A DNA stretch of 64,000 bases from a bacterium (GCA_024228495.1 JAAETJ010000576.1:1658-65657); one strand, 5' to 3'; shown: positions 35,267 to 46,588, counted from the stretch's first letter. The notes: generated from the sequence alone by a model not told the origin. Numbers and translations: made by a program.

Positions 35267-35556
35267 GCTTTGCACGGGCCGATCAGGTAGATCTACGCGG
35301 TGCAAATATGAAAGATGTAGTTATCGAAGAAACGCGATTTCGCCGCGCGAATCTTTCTGGCGTTTTCATGTTTCGCGGAGTAATGGAGAGAGCCAACTTC
35401 CGGGGAGCAACTCTCATATCTTCCAAGTTTATTGGCGCGAGCTTGCGGGGTGCCGATTTTAGCCATGTCCGTTTCCAGAATACATTTTTTCTGGGAGCTG
35501 TGCATGTTCCCGACAGTGTAAAGAAGAAAATATCGAGCAACTGGCGGGCGAATTGA
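35263..35556 (+). CDS. Pentapeptide-repeat protein, 3' part of a probably frameshifted gene
   Basis: 97 aa with a TTG start per the track. Repeats VDLRG ANMKD ... ANLSG ... ASLRG ADFSH. The same frame, read upstream of 35263, continues the repeat register (GLLIR TSLSF ARADQ). Confidence 0.55.
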   Translation: MSFARADQVDLRGANMKDVVIEETRFRRANLSGVFMFRGVMERANFRGATLISSKFIGASLRGADFSHVRFQNTFFLGAVHVPDSVKKKISSNWRAN

Positions 35557-35696
35557 CTTGAACACACGGTAAATATTTAAAAATGAAAACCCGGCATCCT
35601 TTTAGCAAGTAGTTTGCACAACCTGCGATATTTTCTCAACAAGGGAGAACAGGAATGCCGGGCTACGTTGGGAAAACGTAATTATGTTTGTTGGGA

Positions 35697-36134
35697 TTAC
35701 ATGACTGGGGGGCCACGAGGCGTGCCTGATCCCTTTCGATTTACTGACGGACAAAAGAGATTAGTTGGAGGTGTGGCCGCTTCAACCATACCTCCACTGA
35801 ACTCTATTGTTATAACAGCAATCGAACCTTTTGCAGCATCTGTTACGAAAGCTACGCTACATACAAAACAGTTTTCGCTGGAAGGAGGTGAGGCCGGTTT
35901 TTGCTCACCTAATCCCGTGCCAGCAGGCGGCAAAATGCTGATGAGCCCCTGAGCCGTACAAATCTTTATCAAACCAAGGGGATTTCCGCTAGGCCCTCCT
36001 CTTGCTGATGCGGCAGCCAATGCGGAGGCGTGATCAATAGCAAAAATTGACTGAAGCAAAATCGCCCACAGGGACAGGTAAATTGCTGCCCGGCTGTGAC
36101 GTATTTGTTCCATATATGCCTTTGAATATTTCAA
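35697..36134 (-). CDS. DUF2946-like small secreted Cys-containing protein (copper-associated family)
   Basis: 145 aa (alternative start MEQIRH at 36113). Signal-like AAIYLSLWAILLQSIFAIDHASA, then ICTAQG...NCFVC. Family call from memory; low certainty. Confidence 0.4.
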   Translation of the reverse strand: MKYSKAYMEQIRHSRAAIYLSLWAILLQSIFAIDHASALAAASARGGPSGNPLGLIKICTAQGLISILPPAGTGLGEQKPASPPSSENCFVCSVAFVTDAAKGSIAVITIEFSGGMVEAATPPTNLFCPSVNRKGSGTPRGPPVM

Positions 36135-36487
36135 AATCCAGATGGCTCCCGAATGCTCTTGTCTAGATTATTATGTTTTTGGTGAAAGCCCGTCTTTGTC
36201 ATTTATCAAGTTCTTGAAGGTCGATACCAGGATGGACAAGCAAGGAACGCTTTGGGATTCACGAGAAACTCCAGTTAGTTTCCCAGAACAATCCAGGCAA
36301 GGGTAGCAATCAAATTGCCAATTATTACTGGCGATGATAAGGTCACGTTGCGTTTATAGGTGGTAGGTGCAAGGTTCGCTGCTCTCCATACAATCATAAA
36401 TCTACCGCTCTTAACTAACGAACGCTGTAGCGTATTTCGCGCGAATGCCGGTGCTCCAATCGTATGTGCCGACCGGTAAATCGTGTG

Positions 36488-37795
36488 TCAGCTCTTGTCA
36501 AACACCCGCTCAAAGATCGTATCGACATGTTTGGTGTGATAGCCAAGGTCAAACTTGTCTTCCAGTTCTTCAGCAGACAAGGCGTTCATGACATCGCTAT
36601 CGGCTTTGAGTTCTGTCAGAAAATCCTTTTGCTGCTCCCATACTTTCATGGCGTTGCGCTGCACGATACTATAGGCGTTTTCGCGTGAAACACCAGTTTG
36701 GGTCAGCGCTAGCAGGACGCGCTGCGAGTGCATCAAGCCGCCGAGTTTATCCATGTTTTTTTGCATACGGCCGGGATAAACGATGAGTTTTTCAATGACG
36801 CCAGACAGGCGCGTTAGGGCAAAGTCGAGGGTAATGGTTGCGTCAGGTCCAACCATACGTTCAACGGACGAGTGTGAGATATCACGCTCATGCCACAGAG
36901 CGATATTTTCCATGGCTGGCATGGCATAGGCGCGGACCATACGAGCAAGCCCGGTGAGGTTTTCCGTGAGGATTGGGTTACGCTTGTGCGGCATGGCGGA
37001 AGAACCTTTTTGCCCGGGAGAGAAATATTCCTCGGCTTCGAGCACTTCGGTTCGTTGTAGATGGCGGATCTCTACCGACAGACGCTCAACGGAGCTGGCA
37101 ATGACGCCAAGGGTTGCAAAAAACATGGCGTGGCGATCTCGTGGGATGACTTGCGTGGACACGGGTTCCACTGTCAGTCCCATTTTTTTTGCAACATGAG
37201 CTTCAACCTGCGGGTCGATATTGGCGAACGTGCCAACGGCCCCGGAAATGGCGCAAGTGGCGATCTCTTCTCTGGCAAGGATCAGGCGTTTTTTTGCGCG
37301 ATCAAATTCGGCATAAGCAGTTGCCATTTTAAGACCAAAGGTGATGGGCTCAGCATGGATCGCATGGGAGCGGCCGATGCAAACGGTGTTTTTATATTCG
37401 TAGGCACGTTCCTTGAGGGCATCAAGTAATCGATCAAGATCGGCGATCATCAAGTCGGCAGCCTTGGTGAGCTGCACGTTAAAACAGGTGTCGAGCACAT
37501 CAGATGAGGTCATGCCTTGATGGATAAAGCGGGCTTCGTCACCAACGATCTCAGACAAGTGGGTCAAGAAAGCTATGACGTCATGTTTGACTTCACGCTC
37601 GATTTTATCGATGCGGTCAATATCGAAGGTCGCGCTACCGCCTTTGTCCCAGATCACCTTGGCTGCTTCAGTGGGGATCACCCCCATATCAGCGAGGGCA
37701 TCAGCAGCGTGTGCCTCAATTTCGAACCAGATGCGGAATTTATTTTCCGGGGACCAGATGTCGGTCATCTCTTTACGTGAATAGCGGGGGATCAT
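36488..37795 (-). CDS. purB: Adenylosuccinate lyase
   Basis: ORF 36488..37900. Start moved to the ATG at 37795 (MIPRYSRKEMTDIW...). Fumarate-lyase signature GSSAMPHKRNP. Confidence 0.92.
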   Translation of the reverse strand: MIPRYSRKEMTDIWSPENKFRIWFEIEAHAADALADMGVIPTEAAKVIWDKGGSATFDIDRIDKIEREVKHDVIAFLTHLSEIVGDEARFIHQGMTSSDVLDTCFNVQLTKAADLMIADLDRLLDALKERAYEYKNTVCIGRSHAIHAEPITFGLKMATAYAEFDRAKKRLILAREEIATCAISGAVGTFANIDPQVEAHVAKKMGLTVEPVSTQVIPRDRHAMFFATLGVIASSVERLSVEIRHLQRTEVLEAEEYFSPGQKGSSAMPHKRNPILTENLTGLARMVRAYAMPAMENIALWHERDISHSSVERMVGPDATITLDFALTRLSGVIEKLIVYPGRMQKNMDKLGGLMHSQRVLLALTQTGVSRENAYSIVQRNAMKVWEQQKDFLTELKADSDVMNALSAEELEDKFDLGYHTKHVDTIFERVFDKS

Positions 37796-38025
37796 GAGCC
37801 AACTCTTTTGTGATTGAGGCCGGTTGGGGCGGTTAGGGTGATGCAGAACGCATTGATCTATTGAATAAAACCAGCTTGCGACCAGAAGTCGAGAGGGCAA
37901 AATGGCCGAGCCAGTTGTTCTTTAGCAAACCCGCCTGCAAGTTTCAAACCCGCCCGTGTATAAAAAGCGATATTTCTTGAGACACAATCGCACATCATCG
38001 CTGGCAATATCTGTCGTGGCGGCGA

Positions 38026-38892
38026 TCAGTGAAACACCACCGTTTTCATATTATTGATGAGTACGCGGTGTTCGATATGATATTTGATAGCGCGTGCCAG
38101 TACCCGGCGCTCGATCTCGCGTCCGCCAATGACGAGATCATCGGCAGACATATTGTGGGTGACGCGCTCGGTTTCTTGCTCGATGATCGGTCCCTCGTCA
38201 AGGTCGGGTGTCACATAATGAGCCGTGGCACCGATAATTTTAACACCTCGGGCGTGGGCCTGATGATAGGGGCGGGCGCCTTTGAAACTTGGTAGGAAGG
38301 AGTGATGAATATTGATTACCCGGCCCAGATAGTCGTTGGCCAATCGATTTGAGAGAATTTGCATATAGCGCGCCAGCACGATGAGATTGGCACTGTCTTC
38401 CTCTATCATTTTGCGCAGGGCAGTTTCTTGTTGCTTTTTGTTGCTTTTGGTGATTGGCAGGCAATCAAAACGCAGCCCTTCACGCTCAACTATCTCGCGG
38501 CAGGTTTCATGATTTGACACAACACGGGTTATTTCAACCGGCAAGGAACCAATACGCCAGCGATACAAGAGGTCTGACAGGCAGTGGTCGTGCTTTGAGA
38601 CCATGATCAACATGTGCGCTTTATGGGCGTGCGGGTGCAACTCCCACCACATGGAGTAGCGCTTTGCTAATGGACGAAAGTGATCTCGCAATTGATCAAT
38701 ATCTACCTCTGGCGGGGATGAAAAATGCAATCTCATGAAAAAGTGCCCGGTATGGGTATCACCAAACTGGGAACTTTCTTCAATATTGCAATCAAGATCG
38801 GCGAGTGTACCGGCCACTGCGGTGACAATGCCGCGCTGATCCGGGCATTTGAGGATCAATATATAGTGAGAGGGACGTTTGGTGTTTGTCAT
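38026..38892 (-). CDS. purU: Formyltetrahydrofolate deformylase
   Basis: 288 aa with an N-terminal ACT-like domain and a formyltransferase core (INIHHSFLPSFKGARPYHQA). Confidence 0.9.
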   Translation of the reverse strand: MTNTKRPSHYILILKCPDQRGIVTAVAGTLADLDCNIEESSQFGDTHTGHFFMRLHFSSPPEVDIDQLRDHFRPLAKRYSMWWELHPHAHKAHMLIMVSKHDHCLSDLLYRWRIGSLPVEITRVVSNHETCREIVEREGLRFDCLPITKSNKKQQETALRKMIEEDSANLIVLARYMQILSNRLANDYLGRVINIHHSFLPSFKGARPYHQAHARGVKIIGATAHYVTPDLDEGPIIEQETERVTHNMSADDLVIGGREIERRVLARAIKYHIEHRVLINNMKTVVFH

Positions 38893-39042
38893 GGGGGCAA
38901 CTCGATTTTATAAAATTCTCTTTATCTCAATAACTGGCTGCAAAAAACAGATCAACTAAATTGCTGAAAATTGATGGTGTGGATTGATTGTACGTTGGAA
39001 AATCGTTTAAAGTCATTGATAAAACATAAAAGGGGAACTGCA

Positions 39043-40410
39043 ATGGCTGACAATACTCTCAAATATAACCTTCCTGAAACGAGTATTCCGAAATCCTGGT
39101 ATAATATCTCCGCTGATTTGCCCGAACCATTGGCTCCGGTTCTTCACCCGGGGACCGGTCAGCCGATCGGGCCTGAAGATCTGGCGCCTCTTTTCCCCAT
39201 GGCGTTGATCGGACAAGAAGTGTCCGTTGAACGTGAAATTGAAATCCCTGATCCGGTTCGTGACATTTATCGCATGTGGCGACCAACCCCTCTTTATCGT
39301 GCCAGACGGCTTGAAAAAGCGCTGGGGACACCCGCCAAGATTTTTTATAAATATGAAGGTGTCAGCCCTGGCGGTAGTCATAAACCCAATTCGGCGGTTG
39401 CTCAGGCCTTTTACAATAAAGAAGAGGGGGTCACCAAGCTTTGCACTGAAACTGGTGCCGGGCAATGGGGGTCGTCATTGGCACTTGCCGGTTCCTTCTT
39501 TGACATTGATGTCAAAATATATATGGTTCGTGTGTCCTTTGACCAAAAGCCATACCGCAAGGCCTTGATGCAGACTTATGGCGCTACCTGCGTGGCTTCA
39601 CCGTCGAATGAAACCGAGGCAGGCCGCGTTATTCTCGCTCAGGATCCAAATACCTCTGGAAGTCTTGGTATAGCCATTTCAGAAGCGGTTGAAGTGGCCG
39701 CCAAAAGCGATGATACAAATTATGCGCTTGGGTCTGTTCTCAATCACGTATTGCTGCATCAATCAGTGATTGGCCGTGAGGCTATTGAGCAGATGGCGAT
39801 GGCGGATGCTTATCCAGATGTGGTGATTGGTTGCGCCGGTGGGGGATCGAATTTTGCAGGACTGGCTTTTCCGTTCCTTGGCGAAATGTTGAAAGGTGGG
39901 CCCGCTATCAAAGCCATCGCTATCGAGCCGGCGGCTTGCCCCACCATGACGCGTGGTAGTTTCGCCTATGATTATGGGGACACAGCACATTTAACACCGC
40001 TGGTAAAAATGTATACGCTGGGCGCATCCTTTGTGCCGCCAGGCTTTCATTCTGGTGGCTTGCGTTATCATGGCATGTCGCCGCTGGTTAGCCATTTGAA
40101 ACAGCTGGGGCTGGTCGAAGCTCGCTCCTACCATCAAACCAAATGTTTTCAAGACGGGGTGGCTTTTGCCCGGACCGAGGGCATTGTCCCCGCTCCTGAA
40201 TCAACCCATGCCGTGCATGCGGCCATTGAAGAGGCCCTTATTGCCAAGCGCGATGGGCAGGAAAAGACTATTTTATTCAATCTTTCGGGGCATGGTCATT
40301 TCGATATGGCTGCTTATATGGATTTCTTTGATGGCAATCTTGAAGACATGGACTATGATGCTGCAGAATTGGAGCGGTCCTTGTCAGAACTACCCGATAT
40401 ATCATCGTAG
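39043..40410 (+). CDS. TrpB-like PLP enzyme (tryptophan synthase beta, type 2 / TrpB2 family), stand-alone
   Basis: ORF 38971..40410; the ATG at 39043 follows an AAAGGGGA RBS. PLP-lysine region YEGVSPGGSHKPNSAVAQA and GCAGGGSNFAG. No trpA is adjacent. Confidence 0.8.
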   Translation: MADNTLKYNLPETSIPKSWYNISADLPEPLAPVLHPGTGQPIGPEDLAPLFPMALIGQEVSVEREIEIPDPVRDIYRMWRPTPLYRARRLEKALGTPAKIFYKYEGVSPGGSHKPNSAVAQAFYNKEEGVTKLCTETGAGQWGSSLALAGSFFDIDVKIYMVRVSFDQKPYRKALMQTYGATCVASPSNETEAGRVILAQDPNTSGSLGIAISEAVEVAAKSDDTNYALGSVLNHVLLHQSVIGREAIEQMAMADAYPDVVIGCAGGGSNFAGLAFPFLGEMLKGGPAIKAIAIEPAACPTMTRGSFAYDYGDTAHLTPLVKMYTLGASFVPPGFHSGGLRYHGMSPLVSHLKQLGLVEARSYHQTKCFQDGVAFARTEGIVPAPESTHAVHAAIEEALIAKRDGQEKTILFNLSGHGHFDMAAYMDFFDGNLEDMDYDAAELERSLSELPDISS

Positions 40411-40554
40411 GGTACTGGGATGCGCCAATCCCTTGACCATCGAGCAAACAGAATTAACTGTATACCGTAGGTAGACTATACAGGTGTGATTAGATCGCTA
40501 GAGTTTTGACAAGTACTGATACGGCTAGAATCTGCACAAATATGAAGTGGAACT

Positions 40555-42930
40555 ATGGGCGAGCAAACAACAGCACGAGATGATGGTGCTAAAGGCGATA
40601 GTGACGATCTACAGTCGCTTGAAGAGACATCATTAAAACCCGGCAAGAAATTGGGGTTGGGGCTTGGTTTGGAGCGGATCGGCTCCGTGGCCATCAAACG
40701 GCCCGGGACTTGGCTGTTAATCATCTTGTTGATCTCATTGATCACTGGCTATGGTCTGACAAGGATCAATGTTGATGACAGTTTAACCGAGCTGTTTCGT
40801 TCTGATTCTTTGGAATTTAAAAAATATGAAGTACTAACCAAGCGTTTTCCGGCCAGTGAATATGATGTACTCATTGTTGTGGAGCATCCTGACCTGCTAA
40901 CCCCTGACCGGATTGAGCGTTTGCGCGAAATTACGCTTGAACTCGACTTTATCGAAGCCAACCGTGGTATCATTTCTATATTCTCAGCACGCGAACCACC
41001 CAGCGACAAGCCAATACCAGCGCCATTGATCCCGGCCGAAATACCCAAGGGGGAAAATTTCAGCACTCTCAAGCAGCGTATTTTGAACGACGAGATTGTT
41101 GGCGGAAAAATGATCTCGAAAGATGGCACTCTGGCGCTCATCGTCATGGCACTGAAACGTGAGACAGTGGTCAAAGAAGGTTTGGAAACCATCATCGCCA
41201 ATATCAGAACCGCGGTGAATGAGCAGGTTGGCGGGACGAAAATGAAGGTCACGCTTTCGGGACCTCCAGTGATGCAATTGGAAATTCGCAATGCAGTGCT
41301 TGCGGACCGGCTGATCTATAATAGTCTTGGCTTTATTCTTGGCACCATTGTCTGCCTGTTCTTTTTCCGCTCGATCGCGCTGACATTGATCACCATCGCC
41401 GCTCCTGCCATGGCCATTTTATGGTCACTGGGCGTATTGGGGTTGGTGGGTATCGAATTGAACCTGTTTTTGAATGTCATCACGCCGTTGATCATGGTGA
41501 TCGCCTATTCGGATGCGACCCATATGATGTTTGTCATCCACCGTCATTTGCGCTTGGGGTATAACAGCGTCGATGCCGTCAAGCGGGCGATTTATGAAGT
41601 GGGGCCAGCCTGTGTTTTAACCTCGTTTATAACGGCCGTGGCGCTGTCGTCATTGATTTTTGCAAGCTCGGCGCTGATCCGCACATTTGGTGTTGTTGCC
41701 GCGCTCTCGACCATCATTTCATTTCTGGCGGTGATCATCCTGGTACCGGTCCTCAGCGTGCTGCTTTTGCGTAATGAAGCAAAGTTTAAAGCACCCCCGA
41801 CAAAGAGCGTCAGTTTTGGCAAGTTGCTCTCAAATGGGGCCTCCTGGCTGGGAGATAGTGTGCGCCAGTATGCTCGATGTTATGCGCTTGTAGGCTATCT
41901 GGCGACCATCGTTTTTGGAGCGGCTTATCTGTCGCTTGAACCGCGCTATCGCCTTGCTGATCAGGTGCCTGACCGCGAAGAGGCTATTGCGGCTTCCGGG
42001 ATGCTGGACGAAAAGCTAACAGGTGCAAATCCGGTTCATATAATGATTGAGTTTGGTGAAAGCAAACGCCTTTATAGCCGTGAAACGCTTGGTCTTATTG
42101 CCGAGGCACAAAAGATCATGGAAAAATCGGAGAATGTCGGCAATATCTGGTCGCTTGAAGTGTTGCGCCGCTGGTTGATCGACAAAGGTGAAATCAGTAC
42201 CGAGACCTTGAAGGAATATGTCGATGTTCTGCCCAAGACACTGACCCGGCGATTTATCTCTGAAGATGAAAAAACAGTGCTGATTACGGGTCGCATGCCC
42301 GATCTCAATGCCGCCAGCCTGTTGCCGGTTGTTGACAAGATCGACAAGCAGTTGCGCCTGTTGCGGATTGCCCATGCCGATTATGAACTCTCGGTCACAG
42401 GGCTACCAGCCATTGCGGCGCACAATAGCGCTCAGATGATCGGCGAATTGGGTTTTGGTCTGATGTCCACAATTGCCATCGTAGTAGCGCTTATCGCGGT
42501 GGTATTTCGCTCGTTTTTTGCCGCGCTGGCTAGTGTTATCCCCAATCTGTTTCCCGTATTTGTGGCGGGAGCCGTGCTTTATATAACGGGATATGGCTTG
42601 CAGTTTTCGTCAGCTGTTGCCCTGACCGTGGCCTTTGGTCTGGCTGTAAATGATACCATCCACTTCTTGCATCGATTGCATCTCGAGCGACAGAACGGTC
42701 ACAAGGATGCCGTAACCCGTACAGTCAAACTAATGGGACCAGTCTTGATGTTGACGACTATCGTGCTGGTACTTGGCCTGGCAGTTACCGCCTTTTCAGG
42801 GCTGCCCAGCCTTCGTATGTTCGGCTGGCTTTCAGCGATCACCCTGATTGCGGCCTTTATTGGCGATATTATTTTGTTACCTGCATATTTCAATCTTGAA
42901 AAACGCATCACTGGTAGAGGAGATGAATGA
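40555..42930 (+). CDS. MMPL/RND-superfamily transporter
   Basis: 791 aa with two bundles of about 6 TM helices, each preceded by a large hydrophilic loop (the 12-TM RND/MMPL layout). Confidence 0.75.
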   Translation: MGEQTTARDDGAKGDSDDLQSLEETSLKPGKKLGLGLGLERIGSVAIKRPGTWLLIILLISLITGYGLTRINVDDSLTELFRSDSLEFKKYEVLTKRFPASEYDVLIVVEHPDLLTPDRIERLREITLELDFIEANRGIISIFSAREPPSDKPIPAPLIPAEIPKGENFSTLKQRILNDEIVGGKMISKDGTLALIVMALKRETVVKEGLETIIANIRTAVNEQVGGTKMKVTLSGPPVMQLEIRNAVLADRLIYNSLGFILGTIVCLFFFRSIALTLITIAAPAMAILWSLGVLGLVGIELNLFLNVITPLIMVIAYSDATHMMFVIHRHLRLGYNSVDAVKRAIYEVGPACVLTSFITAVALSSLIFASSALIRTFGVVAALSTIISFLAVIILVPVLSVLLLRNEAKFKAPPTKSVSFGKLLSNGASWLGDSVRQYARCYALVGYLATIVFGAAYLSLEPRYRLADQVPDREEAIAASGMLDEKLTGANPVHIMIEFGESKRLYSRETLGLIAEAQKIMEKSENVGNIWSLEVLRRWLIDKGEISTETLKEYVDVLPKTLTRRFISEDEKTVLITGRMPDLNAASLLPVVDKIDKQLRLLRIAHADYELSVTGLPAIAAHNSAQMIGELGFGLMSTIAIVVALIAVVFRSFFAALASVIPNLFPVFVAGAVLYITGYGLQFSSAVALTVAFGLAVNDTIHFLHRLHLERQNGHKDAVTRTVKLMGPVLMLTTIVLVLGLAVTAFSGLPSLRMFGWLSAITLIAAFIGDIILLPAYFNLEKRITGRGDE

Positions 42931-43062
42931 TTGACCGCTCCCAACAAGCATAGAGGGACAGAATGCAAAAAGATGATCATCAAGCTTGCTTACCATCGCA
43001 AAAGCTGTGAGAAACAAGTTTAGCTCTTTCCAAAACAACCTAGGTGCATTACATCAACGCCG

Positions 43063-46000
43063 ATGCCCAAAAGAACAGACATAAAAACCATCCTGATCAT
43101 CGGGGCAGGTCCAATTGTGATTGGGCAGGCTTGCGAGTTTGATTATTCGGGGACCCAGGCGTGCCGGGCGCTGAAAGATGACGGCTATCGCGTTGTGTTG
43201 GTGAATTCCAACCCCGCCACCATCATGACCGATCCAGTGTTGGCGGACGCCACCTATATCGAACCGATCACCCCCGAAATTGTTGCGATGGTCATCGAAA
43301 AAGAACGCCCTGACGCATTATTGCCAACCATGGGGGGACAAACCGCGCTCAATACCGCGCTGTCGCTGGAACGCGATGGGGTCCTGAAAAAATATGGTGT
43401 GGAACTGATCGGCGCCAAGGCGCATGTTATCGACAAGGCAGAAGATCGCGATCTGTTTCGCCAGGCCATGACAAAGATCGGACTTGATACCCCTCATGCT
43501 ATATTTGTCAACACATCCAAATTGAAGAGCCGCTTTGAAAAGGAATATAATGCAGCTGTTGCCGAAATGGAAAAAACCACACATGCGGGGAATAAACGCG
43601 ACGAAATGCGCGTTAGATTTGAGAAAGAATGGACGGGGTCGGAATGGATTCGCCGTGAGGAACATCGGGTTGATGCCATGCGCCAGGCCTTGGAAGCGTT
43701 CCAGATCACCGGTTTACCCGCGATTGTCCGCCCGTCCTTCACGATGGGAGGGGCAGGCGGGGGCATTGCCTATACGCCGGACGAGCTTTACGACCTCGTG
43801 CTGTCAGGTGTTGATGCCTCCCCCACAAATGAAGTGCTAGTCGAAGAATCCGTTCATGGCTGGAAAGAGTATGAAATGGAAGTCGTTCGCGACAAGGATG
43901 ATAATTGTATCATCATATGTTCCATTGAAAATGTTGATCCCATGGGCGTTCATACCGGTGACAGTATCACCGTTGCACCCGCTTTGACCCTCACGGACAA
44001 AGAATATCAAGTCATGCGTAACGCCTCGATAGCGGTATTGCGCGAAATTGGTGTTGAAACCGGTGGTTCCAATGTGCAATTTGCGGTGAACCCCGATGAT
44101 GGGCGTCTGATCGTCATTGAAATGAACCCGCGGGTCTCGCGCTCCTCGGCATTGGCGTCAAAAGCAACCGGCTTCCCGATTGCCAAAGTCGCAACCAAAC
44201 TGGCGATTGGCTATACGCTTGATGAGCTAGAGAACGAAATTACCGGTGGTGCGACCCCGGCAAGTTTCGAGCCCACCATAGATTATGTGGTCACCAAAAT
44301 CCCGCGGTTTGCCTTTGAAAAATTCCCGGGCACGCAACCGCTTCTGACAACGGCCATGAAGTCTGTTGGTGAGGTTATGGCTATTGGCCGGACCTTTACA
44401 GAGAGCTTGCAAAAGGCTTTGCGCTCTCTTGAAACAGATCTGGACGGGCTCGATGAAGTTGCCTTTGAGGGGCTGGGGCAGGGAGATGACAAGAACGTCA
44501 TTCGCTCGCTATTGTCCAAAGCCACGCCGGATCGCTTGTTAAACGTCGCCCAGGCTCTTCGCCACGGGGTCAGCCATGAGCGCATTTATGATCTTTGCCG
44601 TATCGATCCGTGGTTTATCGACAGGTTGCAAGAAGTGGTCGATCTGGAGGAGCAGATCAAGGCTCATGGATTGCCGCAATGCGCCGAGCTTTTTGCCAAT
44701 TTGAAATCCTTTGGATTTTCTGATCGGCGGCTTGCCACCCTTGCAGGTCTGGATGCTAAAACTGTGCGCGCGCAACGCCATGCTCTGGGCATTCGTCCCG
44801 TGTTCAAGCGGATCGATAGTTGCGCCGCTGAATTTGCTTCGCCAACGGCCTATATGTATTCGACCTATGAACGCCCCTTGCTGCATGAGCCGATTTGCGA
44901 ATCTCGTCCCAGTAATGAGGCCAAAGTGATCATTCTTGGTGGTGGACCAAACCGTATCGGACAGGGCATCGAGTTTGATTATTGCTGCTGTCACGCCGCT
45001 TTTGCCCTGCAAGATATCGGCATTGAGACCATCATGGTCAATTGTAATCCTGAAACAGTGTCCACAGATTACGACACCTCTGATCGCTTGTATTTCGAAC
45101 CTTTGAGCGAAGAAGATGTGCTGGAGATCATCCATAAGGAACAACAAAACGGCACGCTGAAAGGGATCATTGTACAGTTGGGAGGGCAGACGCCCTTGAA
45201 GCTTGCAGGGGCTTTGGAGCGTGAGAATATCCCTATTTTGGGCACAGAACCGGACGCTATCGATCTGGCCGAAGATCGTGACCGCTTCAAGGAACTGGTG
45301 GAAAAACTGGGTCTCAAGCAGCCAAATAACGGCATTGCTCATACGGAAGACGAGGCGCGCGAGATTGCTAAGCGGATTGGCTTTCCAGTGGTCATTCGCC
45401 CCTCCTATGTGCTTGGTGGGCGTGCAATGGAAATCGTCCATGATGAGCAACAGCTAGATCGCTATATCGCGGAAGCTGTGAATGTTTCCGGCGATAGCCC
45501 CGTGTTGATCGACAGTTTTTTACGAGATGCCATCGAAGTGGATGTGGACGCAATATGCGATGAAAATGATATCTTCGTGAGTGGCATCATGCAGCATATC
45601 GAAGAAGCCGGTATCCATTCAGGTGATAGCGCCTGTTCTTTGCCACCTTATTCTCTCGATGATGACATCTTGCAAGAGCTGCACAAGCAAACGGGTGCTC
45701 TGGCTCGCGCGCTGCGCGTGAAAGGTCTTATGAATGTGCAATTTGCCATTAAGGACCGGGATATATATCTGATTGAGGTCAATCCAAGGGCATCGCGTAC
45801 TGTGCCTTTCGTAGCCAAAGTCATCGGGCTACCGCTGGCAGGTATTGCCACAAAGGTGATGGCGGGCACGCCTTTGGCAGATTTTGAGCTGAAAACACCA
45901 CAATATGATCATATCGCCGTCAAGGAAGCGGTTTTCCCCTTTGATCGCTTTTCCGGGGTTGATCCGGTTCTTGGCCCAGAAATGCGCTCTACAGGCGAAG

Positions 46001-46485
46001 TCATGGGCATAGATCGCGATTTTGCCATCGCTTTTGCTAAAAGCCAACTTGGTGCGGGCGCTGTTTTGCCGCTCACTGGAACGGTCTTTGTTTCGGTACG
46101 CGATATTGACAAGGAACGGGTTCTTGGATCGGTTCGGCATCTGGTCAAGATGGGCTTTGAGGTCATTGCAACCGGCGGGACACAGCGCTATTTCGTAAAA
46201 AACGGGCTTGCATGTGAGCGTGTCTTCAAGGTCCATGAGGGGCGTCCAAATATTGTTGATGCGATCAAGAATGGTGAAGTTGACATGGTTATTAACACGA
46301 CGGAGGGGGCCAAGGCACATTCAGACAGCGCCTCGATTAGACGAACGGCCTTGCTTCATCATGTTCCTTACTATACAACCATCGCCGGGGTGAATGCTGT
46401 AACCAAAGCAATACAGGCTTTGAAGGACGAGCGTTTAGACGTAGTGCCTATTCAGAACTACACAGTATTTCCGCCTTTGGTATGA
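43063..46485 (+). CDS. carB: Carbamoyl-phosphate synthase large subunit
   Basis: 1140 aa. [33 protein letters not shown], duplicated ATP-grasp halves and an MGS-like C-terminus. An insertion of about 65 aa ([17 protein letters not shown]...) lies in the first ATP-grasp domain. Confidence 0.95.
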   Translation: MPKRTDIKTILIIGAGPIVIGQACEFDYSGTQACRALKDDGYRVVLVNSNPATIMTDPVLADATYIEPITPEIVAMVIEKERPDALLPTMGGQTALNTALSLERDGVLKKYGVELIGAKAHVIDKAEDRDLFRQAMTKIGLDTPHAIFVNTSKLKSRFEKEYNAAVAEMEKTTHAGNKRDEMRVRFEKEWTGSEWIRREEHRVDAMRQALEAFQITGLPAIVRPSFTMGGAGGGIAYTPDELYDLVLSGVDASPTNEVLVEESVHGWKEYEMEVVRDKDDNCIIICSIENVDPMGVHTGDSITVAPALTLTDKEYQVMRNASIAVLREIGVETGGSNVQFAVNPDDGRLIVIEMNPRVSRSSALASKATGFPIAKVATKLAIGYTLDELENEITGGATPASFEPTIDYVVTKIPRFAFEKFPGTQPLLTTAMKSVGEVMAIGRTFTESLQKALRSLETDLDGLDEVAFEGLGQGDDKNVIRSLLSKATPDRLLNVAQALRHGVSHERIYDLCRIDPWFIDRLQEVVDLEEQIKAHGLPQCAELFANLKSFGFSDRRLATLAGLDAKTVRAQRHALGIRPVFKRIDSCAAEFASPTAYMYSTYERPLLHEPICESRPSNEAKVIILGGGPNRIGQGIEFDYCCCHAAFALQDIGIETIMVNCNPETVSTDYDTSDRLYFEPLSEEDVLEIIHKEQQNGTLKGIIVQLGGQTPLKLAGALERENIPILGTEPDAIDLAEDRDRFKELVEKLGLKQPNNGIAHTEDEAREIAKRIGFPVVIRPSYVLGGRAMEIVHDEQQLDRYIAEAVNVSGDSPVLIDSFLRDAIEVDVDAICDENDIFVSGIMQHIEEAGIHSGDSACSLPPYSLDDDILQELHKQTGALARALRVKGLMNVQFAIKDRDIYLIEVNPRASRTVPFVAKVIGLPLAGIATKVMAGTPLADFELKTPQYDHIAVKEAVFPFDRFSGVDPVLGPEMRSTGEVMGIDRDFAIAFAKSQLGAGAVLPLTGTVFVSVRDIDKERVLGSVRHLVKMGFEVIATGGTQRYFVKNGLACERVFKVHEGRPNIVDAIKNGEVDMVINTTEGAKAHSDSASIRRTALLHHVPYYTTIAGVNAVTKAIQALKDERLDVVPIQNYTVFPPLV

Positions 46486-46588
46486 CCGCGTAGTTTCGGT
46501 ATAACGAGCAGAAATGCTTGCAATCCCAAGTAAAAGATAATGAGTCGAAGAGAGAGGTGAGTTGTCTCACCGCGGGAGGAAAGATATT

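Noticed and set aside
35614-35952. 112-aa + strand ORF overlapping the DUF2946-like gene
   Set aside because: It has no signal, motif or RBS. The opposite-strand ORF has a signal-like N-terminus and a conserved-looking Cys pattern, so it was preferred, with low confidence.
36275-36397. 40-aa ORF on the - strand (MIVWRAANLAPTTYKRNVTLSSPVIIGNLIATLAWIVLGN) between the DUF2946-like gene and purB
   Set aside because: It has one hydrophobic helix but no clear RBS and no recognisable family. It is too short to support without conservation or expression data.
44539-46320. Long antisense ORFs inside carB (44539..45450, 303 aa; 45829..46320, 163 aa)
   Set aside because: They lie opposite a highly conserved gene, have no recognisable domains and show composition typical of antisense frames.
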